Below, in pieces: positions 14,280 through 27,852 of a DNA stretch of 64,000 nt. Position 1 is the stretch's first letter; every line of letters begins with the position of its first letter. A program made the translations under genes and the position numbers. The notes beneath the pieces are model-generated. The model did no database searches, was not told the DNA's origin, and saw only the letters and a list, made by a program, of their open reading frames with translations. Source of the DNA: the human T2T-CHM13v2.0 reference genome, Homo sapiens; the NCBI GenBank assembly GCA_009914755.4, contig CP068257.2, positions 29,504,001-29,568,000 of the forward strand, in the 5' to 3' direction.

Positions 14280-15700
14280 CACAAATTAACTTTGATTCCT
14301 ACATTAAACCATAACAAATTTAAGTTCAAATAGATCAGAAGTCTAAATGTAAAACTATAAAACTTCTAAGAGAAAACTACAAAACTTCTAAGAGTAAACA
14401 CAGGAAAAAATCTTTAGGCAAAGATTTCATAGATAAGACACCAAAAGTGTGATTCAAAAAGGGAAAATTTGAAAAACTGTACTTCATCAAAATTAAAAAC
14501 TTCTGCTCTGTGAAGGGCACTGTCAAGAAAATGAAAAGATGGGCCTCAAATACAGAAAAAAATATTTACAAATCATGTATCTGATAAAGGACTTATAAAG
14601 GATATACAAAGAACTCTCAAAACTCAATATTAGTAAACAAATAACCCAGTAAAATAAATGAGCAAATTATTTGAACAAACACTTCACCAAGGTGGATATA
14701 CTGAGGGCAAAAAACAAGCACATAACAGAAGACGCTCATCATCGTAAGTCATTAGGGAAATTAAAATTAGAACCATAATGAGCTGCTACTACACACCTGT
14801 TAGAATAGCTAAAAAGAGAAAGTGACTGTGACCTCAGCAGAACAATGAGGAGGAACTGCTGGAGGGAGCTGCAATGGTATAACCACTTTGTAAAACAGTT
14901 GAGCAGTTTCTTAAAAAGTTAAACATACCCTTACCATATGACCCAACCATTCCCTTCCTGGGTACTTAAGAGAAATGAGAGCATATATCCATACTAAAAC
15001 TTGTACACATATGTTCACAGCAGCTTTATTTGTAATTACCAAAAACTGGAAACAACCCAAATGCCCAAGAAAGGTGAATGGATAACAAAGTGTGGTCTAT
15101 CCATTCAATGGAAGACAATGCAGCAATGAAAAGGGATGAGCTCTTGATACACACAGCAATATGGACGGATCTCAGTACAACTACGCTGAGTGGAAGCAGC
15201 CCCAGAAAAACGGGTACTTGGTATGGGATTCCACCAATATAAAATTCCAGAATGCAAACATATTTAACATAACAGGGAGCAGAGCATGGAGCAGGGGTAG
15301 AGTGGGAGGGCAGTAAGAGGCAGAAGAGAAAAACCACAAAAGGGCAGGACAAGACTTTCAGGAGAAATGATTATGTGCATTGTCCTGATTGTGACGATGG
15401 TTTCATAGGGGTGTGTGTGTGTGAATTCATCAAATTCCACACTAAGTATATGCAGCATATTCTACTGCACAATTATACCCCAATTAATCTGTTAAAGCAC
15501 ATGAGGGTGACACGTAAGCCAACACATGAAGCAATGTGCTTTGTTAATTGGAGGTGCAACACAGGAAATCTGCAATAAAAGAAAGCCAAGCAGGGGAGAG
15601 GAAATAAGCATCCTTGCTAAGGCACTAGTCATAAATCCTCATTAGGCTGCAAGGACACCGTGTGCTGGAAGATTGTCTTTCCCCTGGATAATGATAAGCA
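14280..15700 (+). mobile_element. L1 (LINE-1) 3' fragment: degenerate ORF2 C-terminus plus 3'UTR, old subfamily
   Basis: Translation gives L1 ORF2-like peptides (…IREIKIRTIMSCYYTPVRIAKK…, …LPYDPTIPFLG…, …ELLIHTAIWTDL…) broken by several stop codons. Confidence 0.65.
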
Positions 15701-15765
15701 TTTCCATTAAGCAAAGTTTCCCAGAACACGATAAATTAATTTGTTTACTGGGTAACCAGAAGTGC

Positions 15766-16094
<329 letters not shown>

Positions 16095-16375
16095 TGATAG
16101 CTAAAGCATTAAAGGCCCCCACATAAACCAAACAAAAGGTCAAGGTTGGTACTTCTTCTCACGTAAAAGCCAGCAGCTGCACCAGTTTAATGCAAATTGA
16201 TGGCATTGGGCTTCCCTTAGCCAGACCAGCAAGACACACTCCATTCCCCTCCCTCTCAGACACCCTTAGGAACGGACCCCACTGTGGCCCTCCAATGAAG
16301 ACATCAACACGATCAGGGGATTCAACTTGAGCCACACTATAGCCCTGACGCTGGAGGCAGCTTTGCACTATTTAC

Positions 16376-16501
16376 CTTAAATTGATCAACCTTCTCAAGC
16401 TTTTCCAAATCAGGTACCAGTCTCACTCCATCTTCTAGAGTTTTAAGGAATTCTACTTGAAACTCTACCATTTCCGTTAAATTTCCAAAAAGCACGTCAA
16501 G
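16376..16501 (-). CDS. TIAM1: TIAM1 coding exon (DH domain), 126 nt; LDVLFGNLTEMVEFQVEFLKTLEDGVRLVPDLEKLEKVDQFK
   Basis: Acceptor is tttatttctag|CTTGAC, donor is TTTAAG|gtaaat. It starts and ends on codon boundaries. Confidence 0.9.
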
Positions 16502-16805
16502 CTAGAAATAAAACAGAATTTAATGCACCTCATATCTCATTAGTCTTCCTAAACGTTATTTATATCTGATTACAAGGTTTTTCTATCAATTCTTATCAAT
16601 TAAGAGAATAATCCCACTACCAGAGAGCGGGGCAGTTTTTTACTCTTCATGAGCACACCAAAGCTTAGCAGGCAATAATTTCAGCTAGTTACAATTAAAT
16701 AAATTTAAAATGTTTTCAGTGTTCCGCATGTCCCCATTTTTCCTCTTTACCAACAAGTCAAACCACAGTATGATGGTCACAAAGTTGAAACCATTTCCAG
16801 CATAC

Positions 16806-16874
16806 CTCATCCTGGGTGAGAAAAGTTTCTTTTTGAAGAGGCTTTAGGTATCTCTCCATAAGACAGTTTAAATC
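16806..16874 (-). CDS. TIAM1: TIAM1 coding exon (DH domain), 69 nt; DLNCLMERYLKPLQKETFLTQDE
   Basis: Acceptor is caattcttag|GATTTA, donor is GATGAG|gtatgc. It starts and ends on codon boundaries. Confidence 0.9.
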
Positions 16875-17518
16875 CTAAGAATTGAAAAGAGAACTCATTA
16901 GCTTATGTGTTTTATTTTTTATATACCCTAGAACTTAAAGTATAAAGCATATGTTAATGTCTATAAAAGGATCTAGAAGAGAACAAACAGATCCTGTCCC
17001 GAAGGCTAACGTTAGAGACTTTAGGTCGTTAAGGTCCATTTCATGCAGGAGTAAGCCAACCTTTTCTGTCAATATTTTAGGCTTCGAGGACTAAAATACG
17101 GTCTCCATTGCAACTTCTTCAACTGTAGCACCCAAGCAGGCATAGACAATATGTCAAGGAATGAGCGTGGCTGTGTTCTCATCAAACTTTATTTGCGAAA
17201 ACAGGCAGCGAGCTGGATTTGACCTGAGAGCCGTCGTTTGCTAACCCCTGATTTAAAAGACTAAGATATAGATACTTAAACAGATCACCCTGCTTTCGCA
17301 TAGGAAATGTGACCAGGTGTCAGAACAAGTGATAACACAAAGACAACAGACCTGGCAGTCTTCTGGCTAGATTCTAATTAGATTATGAAGATCATACCCT
17401 CAACTTTTAAAAAAATTAAATGTAGCTTTCTTATTAGGTCAACAACACATACATATATATATATATATATAAATGAATTGCCGTGAAAATCACTAGGCTT
17501 CCTTAAAAATCACAAGAA

Positions 17519-17819
17519 GGCTGGGCGTGGTAGCTCTCACGCCTATAGTCCCAGTACTTTGGGAGGCCAAGGTGGGAGGATCGCTTGAGCCCATGAGTTC
17601 GAAACCAGCATGGGCAACATGGTGAAACCTCCTCTCTACAAAAAAAAACAGAAAACGGGGCTGGGCATGGTGGCATGCACCTGTGGTCCCAGCTACTCAG
17701 GAGGCTGAGGAGGGAGGATTACTTGAGCGCAGGAAGTAAAGGCTGCAGTGAGCTATGATCACACCACTGTACTCCAGCCTGGCCAACAGAGTGAGACTAT
17801 CTTAAAAAAACAAAAAAAA
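17519..17819 (+). mobile_element. Alu SINE
   Basis: Reads ggctgggcgtggtagctctcacgcctatagtcccagtactttgggaggccaaggtgggaggatcgcttgagcc… and ends in an A-rich tail. Confidence 0.9.
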
Positions 17820-17988
17820 CAACTCAAAACAAGCTTTTAACATTCAGAGTATAGGCAAAATTCCAGGAGAAACCAAGACGCTCTTCATGAACACAGTTTA
17901 AATCAGCTGTTAATGAAAACCAGCAGACACACCAACTTCACTCCTTTATGAGGCAGAGGGAGGGCAGGGGGAGAAAAAAGAAACATAC

Positions 17989-18168
17989 CTTCACGTAGGT
18001 GCGCTCCGTCTCCAGGAGCTCGCAGATCACCTTGCGCAGCTTATCTGCATCCGAGAGTTGTCTCATGGTCGCCAGCTGAGGCCCCGTGGAGTCCTGAGGA
18101 GATGGGCTCTGGTCAGAGGGGTTCATCTCATGCAAACTGCGGCAAAATGCGGCCACCTGTTCTGTACT
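17989..18168 (-). CDS. TIAM1: TIAM1 coding exon (start of DH domain), 180 nt; STEQVAAFCRSLHEMNPSDQSPSPQDSTGPQLATMRQLSDADKLRKVICELLETERTYVK
   Basis: Donor is GTGAAG|gtatgt. The acceptor is placed after the long polypyrimidine tract ccttcccttcccccctgtgctccgaag|AGT. It starts and ends on codon boundaries and joins the upstream exon (…HSSK) in frame. Confidence 0.8.
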
Positions 18169-18399
18169 CTTCGGAGCACAGGGGGGAAGGGAAGGCAGAG
18201 GTCATTATCCCTCATTAGACGCACCTGACACCTGGACCGCCTAGAGGTGTTCTCCCTGGTTAGTCAACTGTCACATATGAATGTCGTCTTGTGTTTCCAC
18301 AAATTGCTCCACATTTAGGAGAGCTTCTTGAATGCTCATAACAACCAGGATAACAATTGCTAACATACACTCATCGCTTACCACACGCCTAGTGCCGGT

Positions 18400-18550
18400 C
18401 TAATGCATTTCATCTGCCCACACGGTAAGGACAACGGAAGCCCAGAGGGGTTAAGTAACTCATCCAAGATGATGCAGTACGTAAGTGGCAGAGCTGGGAT
18501 TTGAACCAGGCAATCTGGTTTCAAAGCCTATGGATCTTAACCACTCCCCA
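18400..18550 (-). mobile_element. MIR (mammalian-wide interspersed repeat) fragment
   Basis: Reads …gaagcccagaggggttaagtaactcatccaagat…gtggcagagctgggatttgaaccaggcaatctgg…cttaaccactcccc, matching the MIR core in reverse orientation. Confidence 0.5.
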
Positions 18551-19193
18551 AGCAAGAAGTCGATAAATCAGGAGACATAAAAGTTAGCTGCATTTCACCC
18601 AAGGTACAAGCCTCATTAATTATCAGACTCCCAGTTCAGTAAACTATCTACTTTGCAATGTTGCAAAGATGATTTTACAAGCTAAGGTTCTTCCTGTTAA
18701 AAATGGACACTGAGTCAACTTTCTAGATTAAGAAAGATACCCATACTTAAATAAAAGTTTCTCCCTCTCCAGCTTCTCCAAAGGCAAAAAGATACCACTC
18801 CCCTTTAAGAATAACGAGATTAGCCCTAAAATAGGCCTCAATGGGAGATCCCAGTCTCCACATCTACCAGGGATGAATCAGGTGTAGACCATAAAGGTTG
18901 CACACGTTTTGTCATCCATTTGAAACGTAGGATTCCAGGATTCTAAAATTCCAACTCTTCCAGTTACACAAACAGTTCTCCAAAGCAAGGGCTGCTGTAA
19001 AAACCCATGAGACCAGTAGTTTTCCAACTTGGCTGCTTATGAGAATCACTGGGGAGCTTTTCAACCTCCCGATGCCCATGCACACCAGAGATCAATTTCA
19101 TCAGAATCTCTGGGGTGGGATATGCAGATATCAATATGTTTTAAAGCTCTCTGTGTAATTGCTCTAGAGGCTATGTAGTAGCACAAAATTTAA

Positions 19194-19576
<383 letters not shown>

Positions 19577-22500
19577 TCACGCTTCTCTCTCTGCTTCTAT
19601 TGTCTAATTCAACTCTAGGCACAAAGCATTTCCAGTAAATACCGGTGCAAATAAAGAATAACTTCTTCTATCACCCACCTACCTAGCAAGAACATGAGAA
19701 TACCCTCCCAAAAACAATCGTTGGTGCACAGAGCTAAAAGTCAAGGCTGCTGTTTTGTGTAGGTCAGAAAAGCTAAAATCAAGTGTATGCCATGGAGGAG
19801 TTTTAAACACAGAGGAAGGCAGCCAACACTGAAGAGCCTTTCCCTCATTAGCATATCCAAAAGGGAAGGAAGTCTGGAATAAAGATGAGGCAAGGACAGG
19901 GAAAATCAGAACCTAAGAAGGATGCATTAGCTGCAGTGGCATGACAGGACAGAGGAGAGCCAGGACCCACATCCACATAATTATTATTCTAATTCTCTTA
20001 CAATTACCACAGCTTATTCATTGCTAGCACTAACCCTGGTCTTATATGCCAGAAGGTGTCAGTCACCTGTCAGTGGCACTATTCAATGTTTTCTGTGGAA
20101 ATGCATGTTTCTGACACTGAGTAACCCCACAAACAATTTTCCCTTAGGTGACTGACTGGAAAAATTGACCAAAATGGGCTCAGCTCTATGGTATGTAAAT
20201 TATATCTCAACAAGGCTGTTAGAAAAGAAAAACTGTGTTTTTCATCAAAGCTTGTTTCAGTAGAAATAAACTAAACAATTTTATTTAGTTAGCTAGAATT
20301 TCACTAACTCAAAATCATCATTAAATATACAGTCAAGTAGGGCTTTGTCTTAAAAATTACAAAGGAACAAATACATCCATTTTAGCAAAAAATCTTCATG
20401 TGTCTTTTAGATGATCCAGTGATAACTGTAATAGAAAACTCATTATAACACAGTCATAATGAGAAAGAAAGCAAACCCTTGCCAAAATGAAAATCCATGG
20501 ACAGACAGTGATAACAGCTGACAACTAACTGTGCCCTGTCCCTGTCTTATCCCAAACTCTCCTTGGTTGCTTTGATTTGGTACCTGGCAAAGGCACCTAA
20601 CACAACAAATGTATAATTGGCACCTCGCTTTATACCATCCTTTTCTAAAGCTTCCAACAGTAACCACAGCTGTCTGTTTTTCACAGAATTAATAGGAAAG
20701 CTACTGCTCATAGCAAATATATTCTTCACTGCAGTCTATTACAGTGAGTCCTCACTTAACATGGTTTATAGGTTCTTGGAAACTGACTTTAAGCTAAACG
20801 GCATAAAGAAACCATTTTTACTGTAGGCTAATTGATACAAACAAGTTAAGTTCCTACAGCACATTTCTGGTCAAAGAAAAAATCACCACGCTTCTAAATA
20901 AAGACCAAAAGACTTCTAATATTAAACACTGAAATAAATGTAAGCCAGATATCCATTTAAGTAAGATAAATAAAAACAAGTTAAGAGAACTATTTACCCA
21001 GCTTTTGGTGAACTGGTGAGTGACGGTGGTCATAGCGGTAGTGTGTTAAGTCAAGCAATAAATGTTTGCAAAGCAAAAATTGTTAAGGGGCACCTCCTAC
21101 CATCATGCAGTTCAAAAACTAGCAAGAACAACTTTGGCAGGATCTCTGAATACTTTTGTACTGCATAGTTTCCTGCTATGCATTTGTATGATTGTATACT
21201 TTACAAGTTTTTATTTTATAATGATTTGTATTCACTTATTCACTCATTTTCCAACCCACTTATTCCAGCTCAGGATCATGGGTGACTGGAGCCTATCTTG
21301 ACAGCTCAGGGTGCAAGGCAGAAACCAACCCTGAATAGAATGCCATTCCATCACAGGGTGCACACACATACACACTCACTCAGGGACCACTGAGACATGC
21401 CAATTCATCCCATGTGCGCGTTTTTGGGCTGTGAGAGCAAACCCGAGTACCCAGAGAAAACCCACGAAGACCTGGATTTAACATGCAAATTCCACGCAGA
21501 CAGTGGTCCTGGCTAGAAATCAATTTTTTTCACATAAACGTTATGATGAAATGATGTTGAACAAAACGTTATCTGAGGAACTGCCACAGAGGCAGAGCAC
21601 ACCTTTTATCATTTAGGCAAACTGTGTGAAATCGTGATTCACGAAAGGCAAACATGGGGATCTGACACATATCAAAGGCAGGAAATTCCAAAAGACAAAG
21701 GAACCTAACACATTCCTTTGTGCTTCCAATTCACACCTCACTACCTCTGGGTTTTCATTCCATCTGTTCTACCATAAATACTTTGAGAATTCCATTTTTA
21801 AGAGTGTGAACAGGGTTTCTGACTTGGTCTATGTAAGTTTACCACGCCTGAGGTTTGGCATCCTTAGTTTGAAGCAGGCCTGTGGGGTGAGCTCAGGTTA
21901 GTAGGATGCAGGCTAGGGCTTCAGTCCTCTAAATTCAGCTGTCTCCTAGGCCCAACCTCACCCTCAGACAGCCAGAGATAAGTTCTGGCTTATATTAGGA
22001 AACACCTTTAGCATCTCAGGGGACAGCTAAAATTCCCTTGGGTCCTCTTTGGACATTTCACAGCCTTAAGTATCCCTTCCTTATTAGGTACGACCTAGGC
22101 CTAGGATAGACTTAGCTGAGTGGTCTCTCAAGTTGAGCAAGGGGCAAAGCAGTTTCCCCACCGGCAACCCTACTCAATGAATCAAGGCACCAACCCTCAG
22201 GTGTAGCACAAGGAACTGAGTCCAGATGGATGTAATCTCTTTACTGTCAACTGCACGTTATTTGAATAAAGAATAAAAAGGTACCATATGCATCATTACA
22301 AGTTATAATGCACATACATGTTGTTAAGCGGTGTTATATACAAGCCTCTTAAAATTTGCTTGGAAACAAATTAAAAGGATGTCATCAAGTTTGAAAATTC
22401 TGTTTTATTAAAATAACACCCCCCCAAATTTTTTTTGGAAGGAATTATGAAATGCAGGTTTTCTTTAGAATACCTCTAAGCTAGAGATTTTTCCATACTG

Positions 22501-24186
22501 TGGGGCTCAGCTTTTAAATCCCCCTCCCTCTTTACTGTGGCCAAACTTCTTTACATCAAAATCCATCAGGCCCTTCTCCACGCAGCTTAGCCATGATGTG
22601 GAATATAGGAGGAGTTGGGTTCAAGGCTTTGCCCCGCTCCACCACTGAGTGTTACAGATGGCATCCTAGTCATTCCCACACCAAGCGCTGTAGCCACAAG
22701 TGCCAAGAAAGGTCGCCTCAATGGGAGCTTCTCAACACGCTCCCAAAAGCCAAGTATCCTGGATGTGGGACAAGCAGCTTAGGACTCCAGCAAGGGGAAG
22801 GCAGACCAGGTTTCTCCAGTGGGGAAAGTAAAAACCTCTCCCCTACTTGAGGACTGTAATCAGTCACCCTGGAAACCAAAAAAGTACTTACAGGCATTTT
22901 GAGAGTTTAAAACTGTTAAAGGGTAGCAGAGCTTTTCCACTGTCAGGACTAAGAATTATCCAACCAACATACAGACAAGGAGAGGACAATGGCAAGAGGA
23001 AATGGGCCACTTTACTGAGACCAGCGTGATGCTCAATGTTTATAATGCTGCTTTCCTCCTGTGGAAGATGAAAAGAAAGTACAAAAAGAGGGGGTAGACT
23101 TTTAAGTACACACTATCAACTCAAGCCACCCAGCTGTTTAAGCTCTTCCTGTTATGCAACCACCAAAGGCAATTTCTAACTCTAGATGAGTTCACAGTTC
23201 TAAAACTGTTCTTTGAGTCTGACCGATTTAACACATCCCACAGATTTAAAAGGGGCCAGAGTGGCCTAAAATCTTATAGCCTTTACTTAAGCTTTTTTTG
23301 GGGACAATGCGCTCCATAATTTCAGAGACACTATGTACAATGGTAATCCCTACAGTTCTCGATCACCTTTTCAGTTTCCTCTTGAACAAACTTCAAAGAA
23401 GAAATATCCAAGAAGGAAGAAGGCTTATTTGAGCAAATCAGGTGTACGCACTGTAGAAGTTTAAGTTTGATTAAATGACACAACATCTAATAGTCGACAG
23501 ACTGAGCTATTAATAATAAACTATTAAAAGGTTGAATCTGATTTTGCTAAATTATTTCTTGCCATTACCCCACTACACTTCCTCATTGGAGAGTGAATAT
23601 TTACTGTAGGAATAGACCTGTTCAAATAGGTCAGTTGCTGTCAAACCAGTAACACGTCCCCTGAGCCAACCCTTCTATATCTATCTCCTTCTCAAGGAAG
23701 CAGAAATAAAGTCAAAAACACCTCAAGCCTTATAAAAGGAAACAAGTTGAACATCCTATTTCCAGACCTCCCTGCCGATCACTCGGACAGCCCGTTCTGA
23801 GGGGGGATGGGAGATTCTCACCATGCACGTAACACAAAACACAATCAAAATCTCAATAACCAAAACAAAGGCAAAAAATGCAACTGACCATTAATTAAAC
23901 AAAAAAATGCAGATTACATCTTTCTGCCATTTAAGTATAAAAGAGTAGAAAAATGTAAAGATGCTAGGCAAATTCAACTCCATACCAACTCTGAACCTCC
24001 CCACGTCCCCCACCAAAAGCCACAATACAGACTTTATGAACAAGGGTATCCAGAGGGTAAAAGGACAGAATACGGGGAAATGGGAAAGGTGTAATCACTG
24101 TCATTCGGATTGAAAAACAACTGAGCTAGAAAGTCATAACACAATCAAACCTAGCAAGATAGGATTCAAACAGCAAAGGCGCTCAC

Positions 24187-24341
24187 CAGATGAAGTGTTC
24201 GATACATAGAGTCACCGGACTTGTCATTGTTTTCAATCCTGGGCTTGCGCTTTATTTTCCACAGTGCAGACATCATCAGGAATGTATTCTCATGGTAATT
24301 AATTCTACCACCTGACGTGTTCAGCACGGAGACAGAAGTTT
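24187..24341 (-). other. Candidate unannotated exon: 155 nt, open in the frame compatible with the flanking TIAM1 exons (…TSVSVLNTSGGRINYHENTFLMMSALWKIKRKPRIENNDKSGDSMYRTLHL)
   Basis: It ends on a consensus donor, CATCTG|gtgagc, and has a usable acceptor tattttaag|AA just after an in-frame stop. The 51-codon open frame would join the DH exon at 18168 in frame. It contains an in-frame ATGATG. This could still be a chance ORF. Confidence 0.3.
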
Positions 24342-24720
24342 CTTAAAATATTCCCAGAGCACCAAACGCCTCCTAGCTCTGAAGAGAGCATCCTCTCATA
24401 TGGACGTCCCATGCTGGTTTTCCCATGAAAATCTACGGCCACGTCTCAACGCAGCAAGGACAGCGACGGTGAGACCCCGGAGCTGCACTCGCTTCCCACC
24501 AGTGCCCTCTGGGAAGCTGTCAAAGGCTAAACTGTGGACCAGAACTCAGGCTTTGATTTCACCTGGCTAAACAACAAAAGTTCCAGAAAGGGAGAGCTGA
24601 AACTGGCAAGAAAACAAAGCACAAAATGCCTCCCCGGGATGTAAGCGTCTCTGCCCTGCAGCCTGAGATCAGCTGATTGGCCAGCATCCTGCACTGCTCA
24701 GGAATATTAAACCTGCCCGG
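24300..24720 (-). promoter_or_regulatory. CpG-retaining unique block carrying a perfect CCAAT box (minus-strand tggCCAATcag at about 24676-24684); candidate internal promoter or enhancer
   Basis: About 15 CpGs in about 420 bp, far above the surrounding intron. The CCAAT box matches the NF-Y consensus. A (GT)22 repeat lies at its upstream edge. Confidence 0.3.
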
Positions 24721-24776
24721 CTCCGACAACTTTCAAGGTATTCCACACTGAGTCAAGAGCAGGCAACTAAGAAAAG

Positions 24777-24778
<2 letters not shown>

Positions 24779-24822
<44 letters not shown>
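24779..24822. repeat. (GT)22 dinucleotide microsatellite
   Basis: An uninterrupted run of gtgtgt…. Confidence 0.95.
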
Positions 24823-24824
<2 letters not shown>

Positions 24825-25859
24825 AACAGTTGATAATTTCACATTTTTCCACTCATGCTTTGTTATAAAAGCAGACATTTCTGAGACAAAAACAATATGG
24901 ATGAGAAAGAAAAAGTCATTCCTAATGGAAATGTCCTGAAAATTATTCTAATACATTTGCTAAATGGAAAACACAATCACAGCTGCCAGGCGGCCTGGAA
25001 TGCATGACACATGACCGCACTGCCCTGAAGCTAATTAGCATTCATCTCCAGAAACAAGAGTTTTCAATGAGAAGCAGAGAAAAAAGTAGCCAGTGATGAT
25101 GAGGCTTTTTGAGGTTGTCACCCACAGTCACAGGAGAGAGGAGGCGGCTCAGAAAGAGAAAGGCTGCTAGACTGTCCCTGCAGTGTGACATTCCCCTGCC
25201 CCTCCCCAGCGGCTGTGACATTCCAGTACCACCACGCTCAACAACAAGCATACAATTATTTACTTGCTCAACTCTAAAAGGCCACACATAGCAAAAACTG
25301 CTATTCAGTACAAGTGCAAAACATACAGAACTCCAACATGCTTTTTCTTTATGCTGACCGATATCATGTAAAACAGTCCATTTAGAAAGAAACCAAGAAT
25401 ATTACACAAAATCAACAGCTCTAACATATTCAGCTGGAATAAAAAGTGATTATTTGTTTCTGTTTATTTAGTTATTTACACATTTACATCTCTACACTCA
25501 GCCTCGTGCATTCAGACAAGGCTAAATCATGCTTCCGAGTTTAGACAGCTAACGATTGAAAAATTAATTTTCAGCTTATTCTCAAGAAAAGCTTCACACT
25601 TATATAGGAGACGCATCAAAAAATATTTAGCCTTGATCAAGAAACTTCAGGTGTTTTCTTGCTCTTACTTTAAATCATAAAAAGAGACACACAGAAACAT
25701 TAAGCATTAGGAAAAAATTTAAGTGGTTTATGGCTGTATATATAAATGGCCTACAGCACCACTAATAAATTAATTCCTTCTTTTTATGAAACCCAGTATT
25801 TAAAACCAGATGTTAACAATCTGGACACAAGGTAGTTTTAACATAGCCACTAACAAGAC

Positions 25860-26070
25860 AAGACCTGGAGCCAAACCAGGTTTGCATCCTGGTTTTGTCA
25901 TCACAGAGCTGTGTGACCTTCAGCAAGTCGCTTAACCTCTCTGTTCCAGTGCCCTCATCTATAAAATAGGGCAGATAATAGTATCTCCCTCAAGAGTGTT
26001 GTGAGGCTAAGATGAGTTAATATGGAACAGTGCCTAATATATACAAGACCTTAAATAAGTATTACTTCTC
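25860..26070 (+). mobile_element. MIR fragment
   Basis: Reads …ctgtgtgaccttcagcaagtcgcttaacctctctgttccagtgccctcatctataaaatagggcagataatagta…gagtgttgtgaggctaagatgagttaatat…cagtgcctaatat. Confidence 0.6.
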
Positions 26071-26227
26071 ATTTACTATTAATAACACACAGTAGAACCC
26101 AGCCACCAAGAACTGCTCATTTAAGCTTTTTGCGTTCAAATACCCTAAGTGAGAAATTTAATTGACCAAAGGTTATTTTAGCTAACTAATTTGAGTTGCA
26201 TGACAAAATTTCAAATAGAGAAGATGA

Positions 26228-26524
<297 letters not shown>

Positions 26525-27852
26525 TAATTTTGAGAAAATTCTGTCCCTTTTTAGAAAGCCCACTAAGAATTTCTACAAGAAAATCTTTGAACAGCACCAT
26601 CTATTTCTATATTTGACCCTTCATGTTCCAGATAAGTTCAAGAGCCTTGTTCTCTGGAAAAAGAACCACGGAGTCAGAGCGACACATGGGACCAGTCAGC
26701 AAAGCCCTGGAGCCTCTTCCGTCCTCTCCACTGCCAGAACCTCATATTATACAGGACTCTGTTTATGACCTCATGACTCACTATATTTAACATGGAAACG
26801 ATCTCTCTCAAAATCCACAAGGAGATGAGAACACTGACCTATCAAAGTAAAGTAAAAATGACCTAATCATTTTGGATCCAATACTTTTTAAGTGTTCAGA
26901 AATAAATGTTTTAGATACAGGAAAAATAGCTATTTGCCTAAATCCAGTTAGAAATTGAAAATTAATATTTTTAGTTCTTATAATACTGTAACTTAATAGA
27001 TACCCTTCAAATTGTCTTACATCAGTATAGAAATATCTGTTTCTCCTGAGGACAACTGACCGACCCCACAAAAGTAAGTGGGTAAAAGAAATGTAAGGGT
27101 CACCTAAATAAAAAGGAACTTTAAGCAGTTGGTTTTTTAAATTTGCCTTAAAAGGAAACATGTGCATTTCCAATGATCTGCTTTTTAATTAACAACCAAC
27201 AACATAATGCCTTTCAGTCTATAAATATTAATGTTGCTTTCAAATATTAAATTTTATATTGTGCCCAACTTAAAAAGACACTGAGAATGAAGATCCTACA
27301 GTCAGGAAAGAGAAACAAATATGGATAAAAGATACTGAAGAATCAAATATGTGCACACAAGAAAGTCCTACAGAATATACACATACAGGGGGAATCAAAA
27401 CAGGAAATGTACAAACGTAGGTTTTCAAAATAATAGTTCATGTTTGAAAAGCATTTTTCCATTATCAATGTGCTTTCTCATAGTTATATTATTTGACCCA
27501 CCCAAAAATCCAATCTCCAAGCAAAGGTAAGAATCACCCTGATTTTGCAGATGAGAAAACAAAAGTATACAGTTATGTGATTTGCTTAGGTTAAGTGACT
27601 AGTAAGCGTCAAGCAAAAAAAAGAGAGATCGTAGAGAAATATACATATCTCAACAACATTATAGAAAAAGATGAATAAGTATGGAAACAAAATCACACGC
27701 AATTGCTTTTTTTGCGGGGGCAGTGTCGTTTGGATTCAGGTAACACAGAGGTTTTAAGTTGGGTTGTGTTTTGAAGACTGTGGTAAAAGAGGCTACTGAC
27801 CCATGGAACTCTTTATGAAGTGGAATAGAAGCATGATAAGTTATGGGCAACA

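Noticed and set aside
18157-18168. An alternative placement of the DH-exon acceptor at acag|GTGGCC (18156), which coincides with the ORF-track start (GTG read as Met).
   Set aside because: The stronger acceptor is 12 nt upstream, after the long polypyrimidine tract (…ccttcccttcccccctgtgctccgaag|AGT). It gives …HSSK|STEQVAAFC…, which matches the recalled TIAM1 protein. The ORF-track 'M' is an artefact of allowing non-ATG starts.
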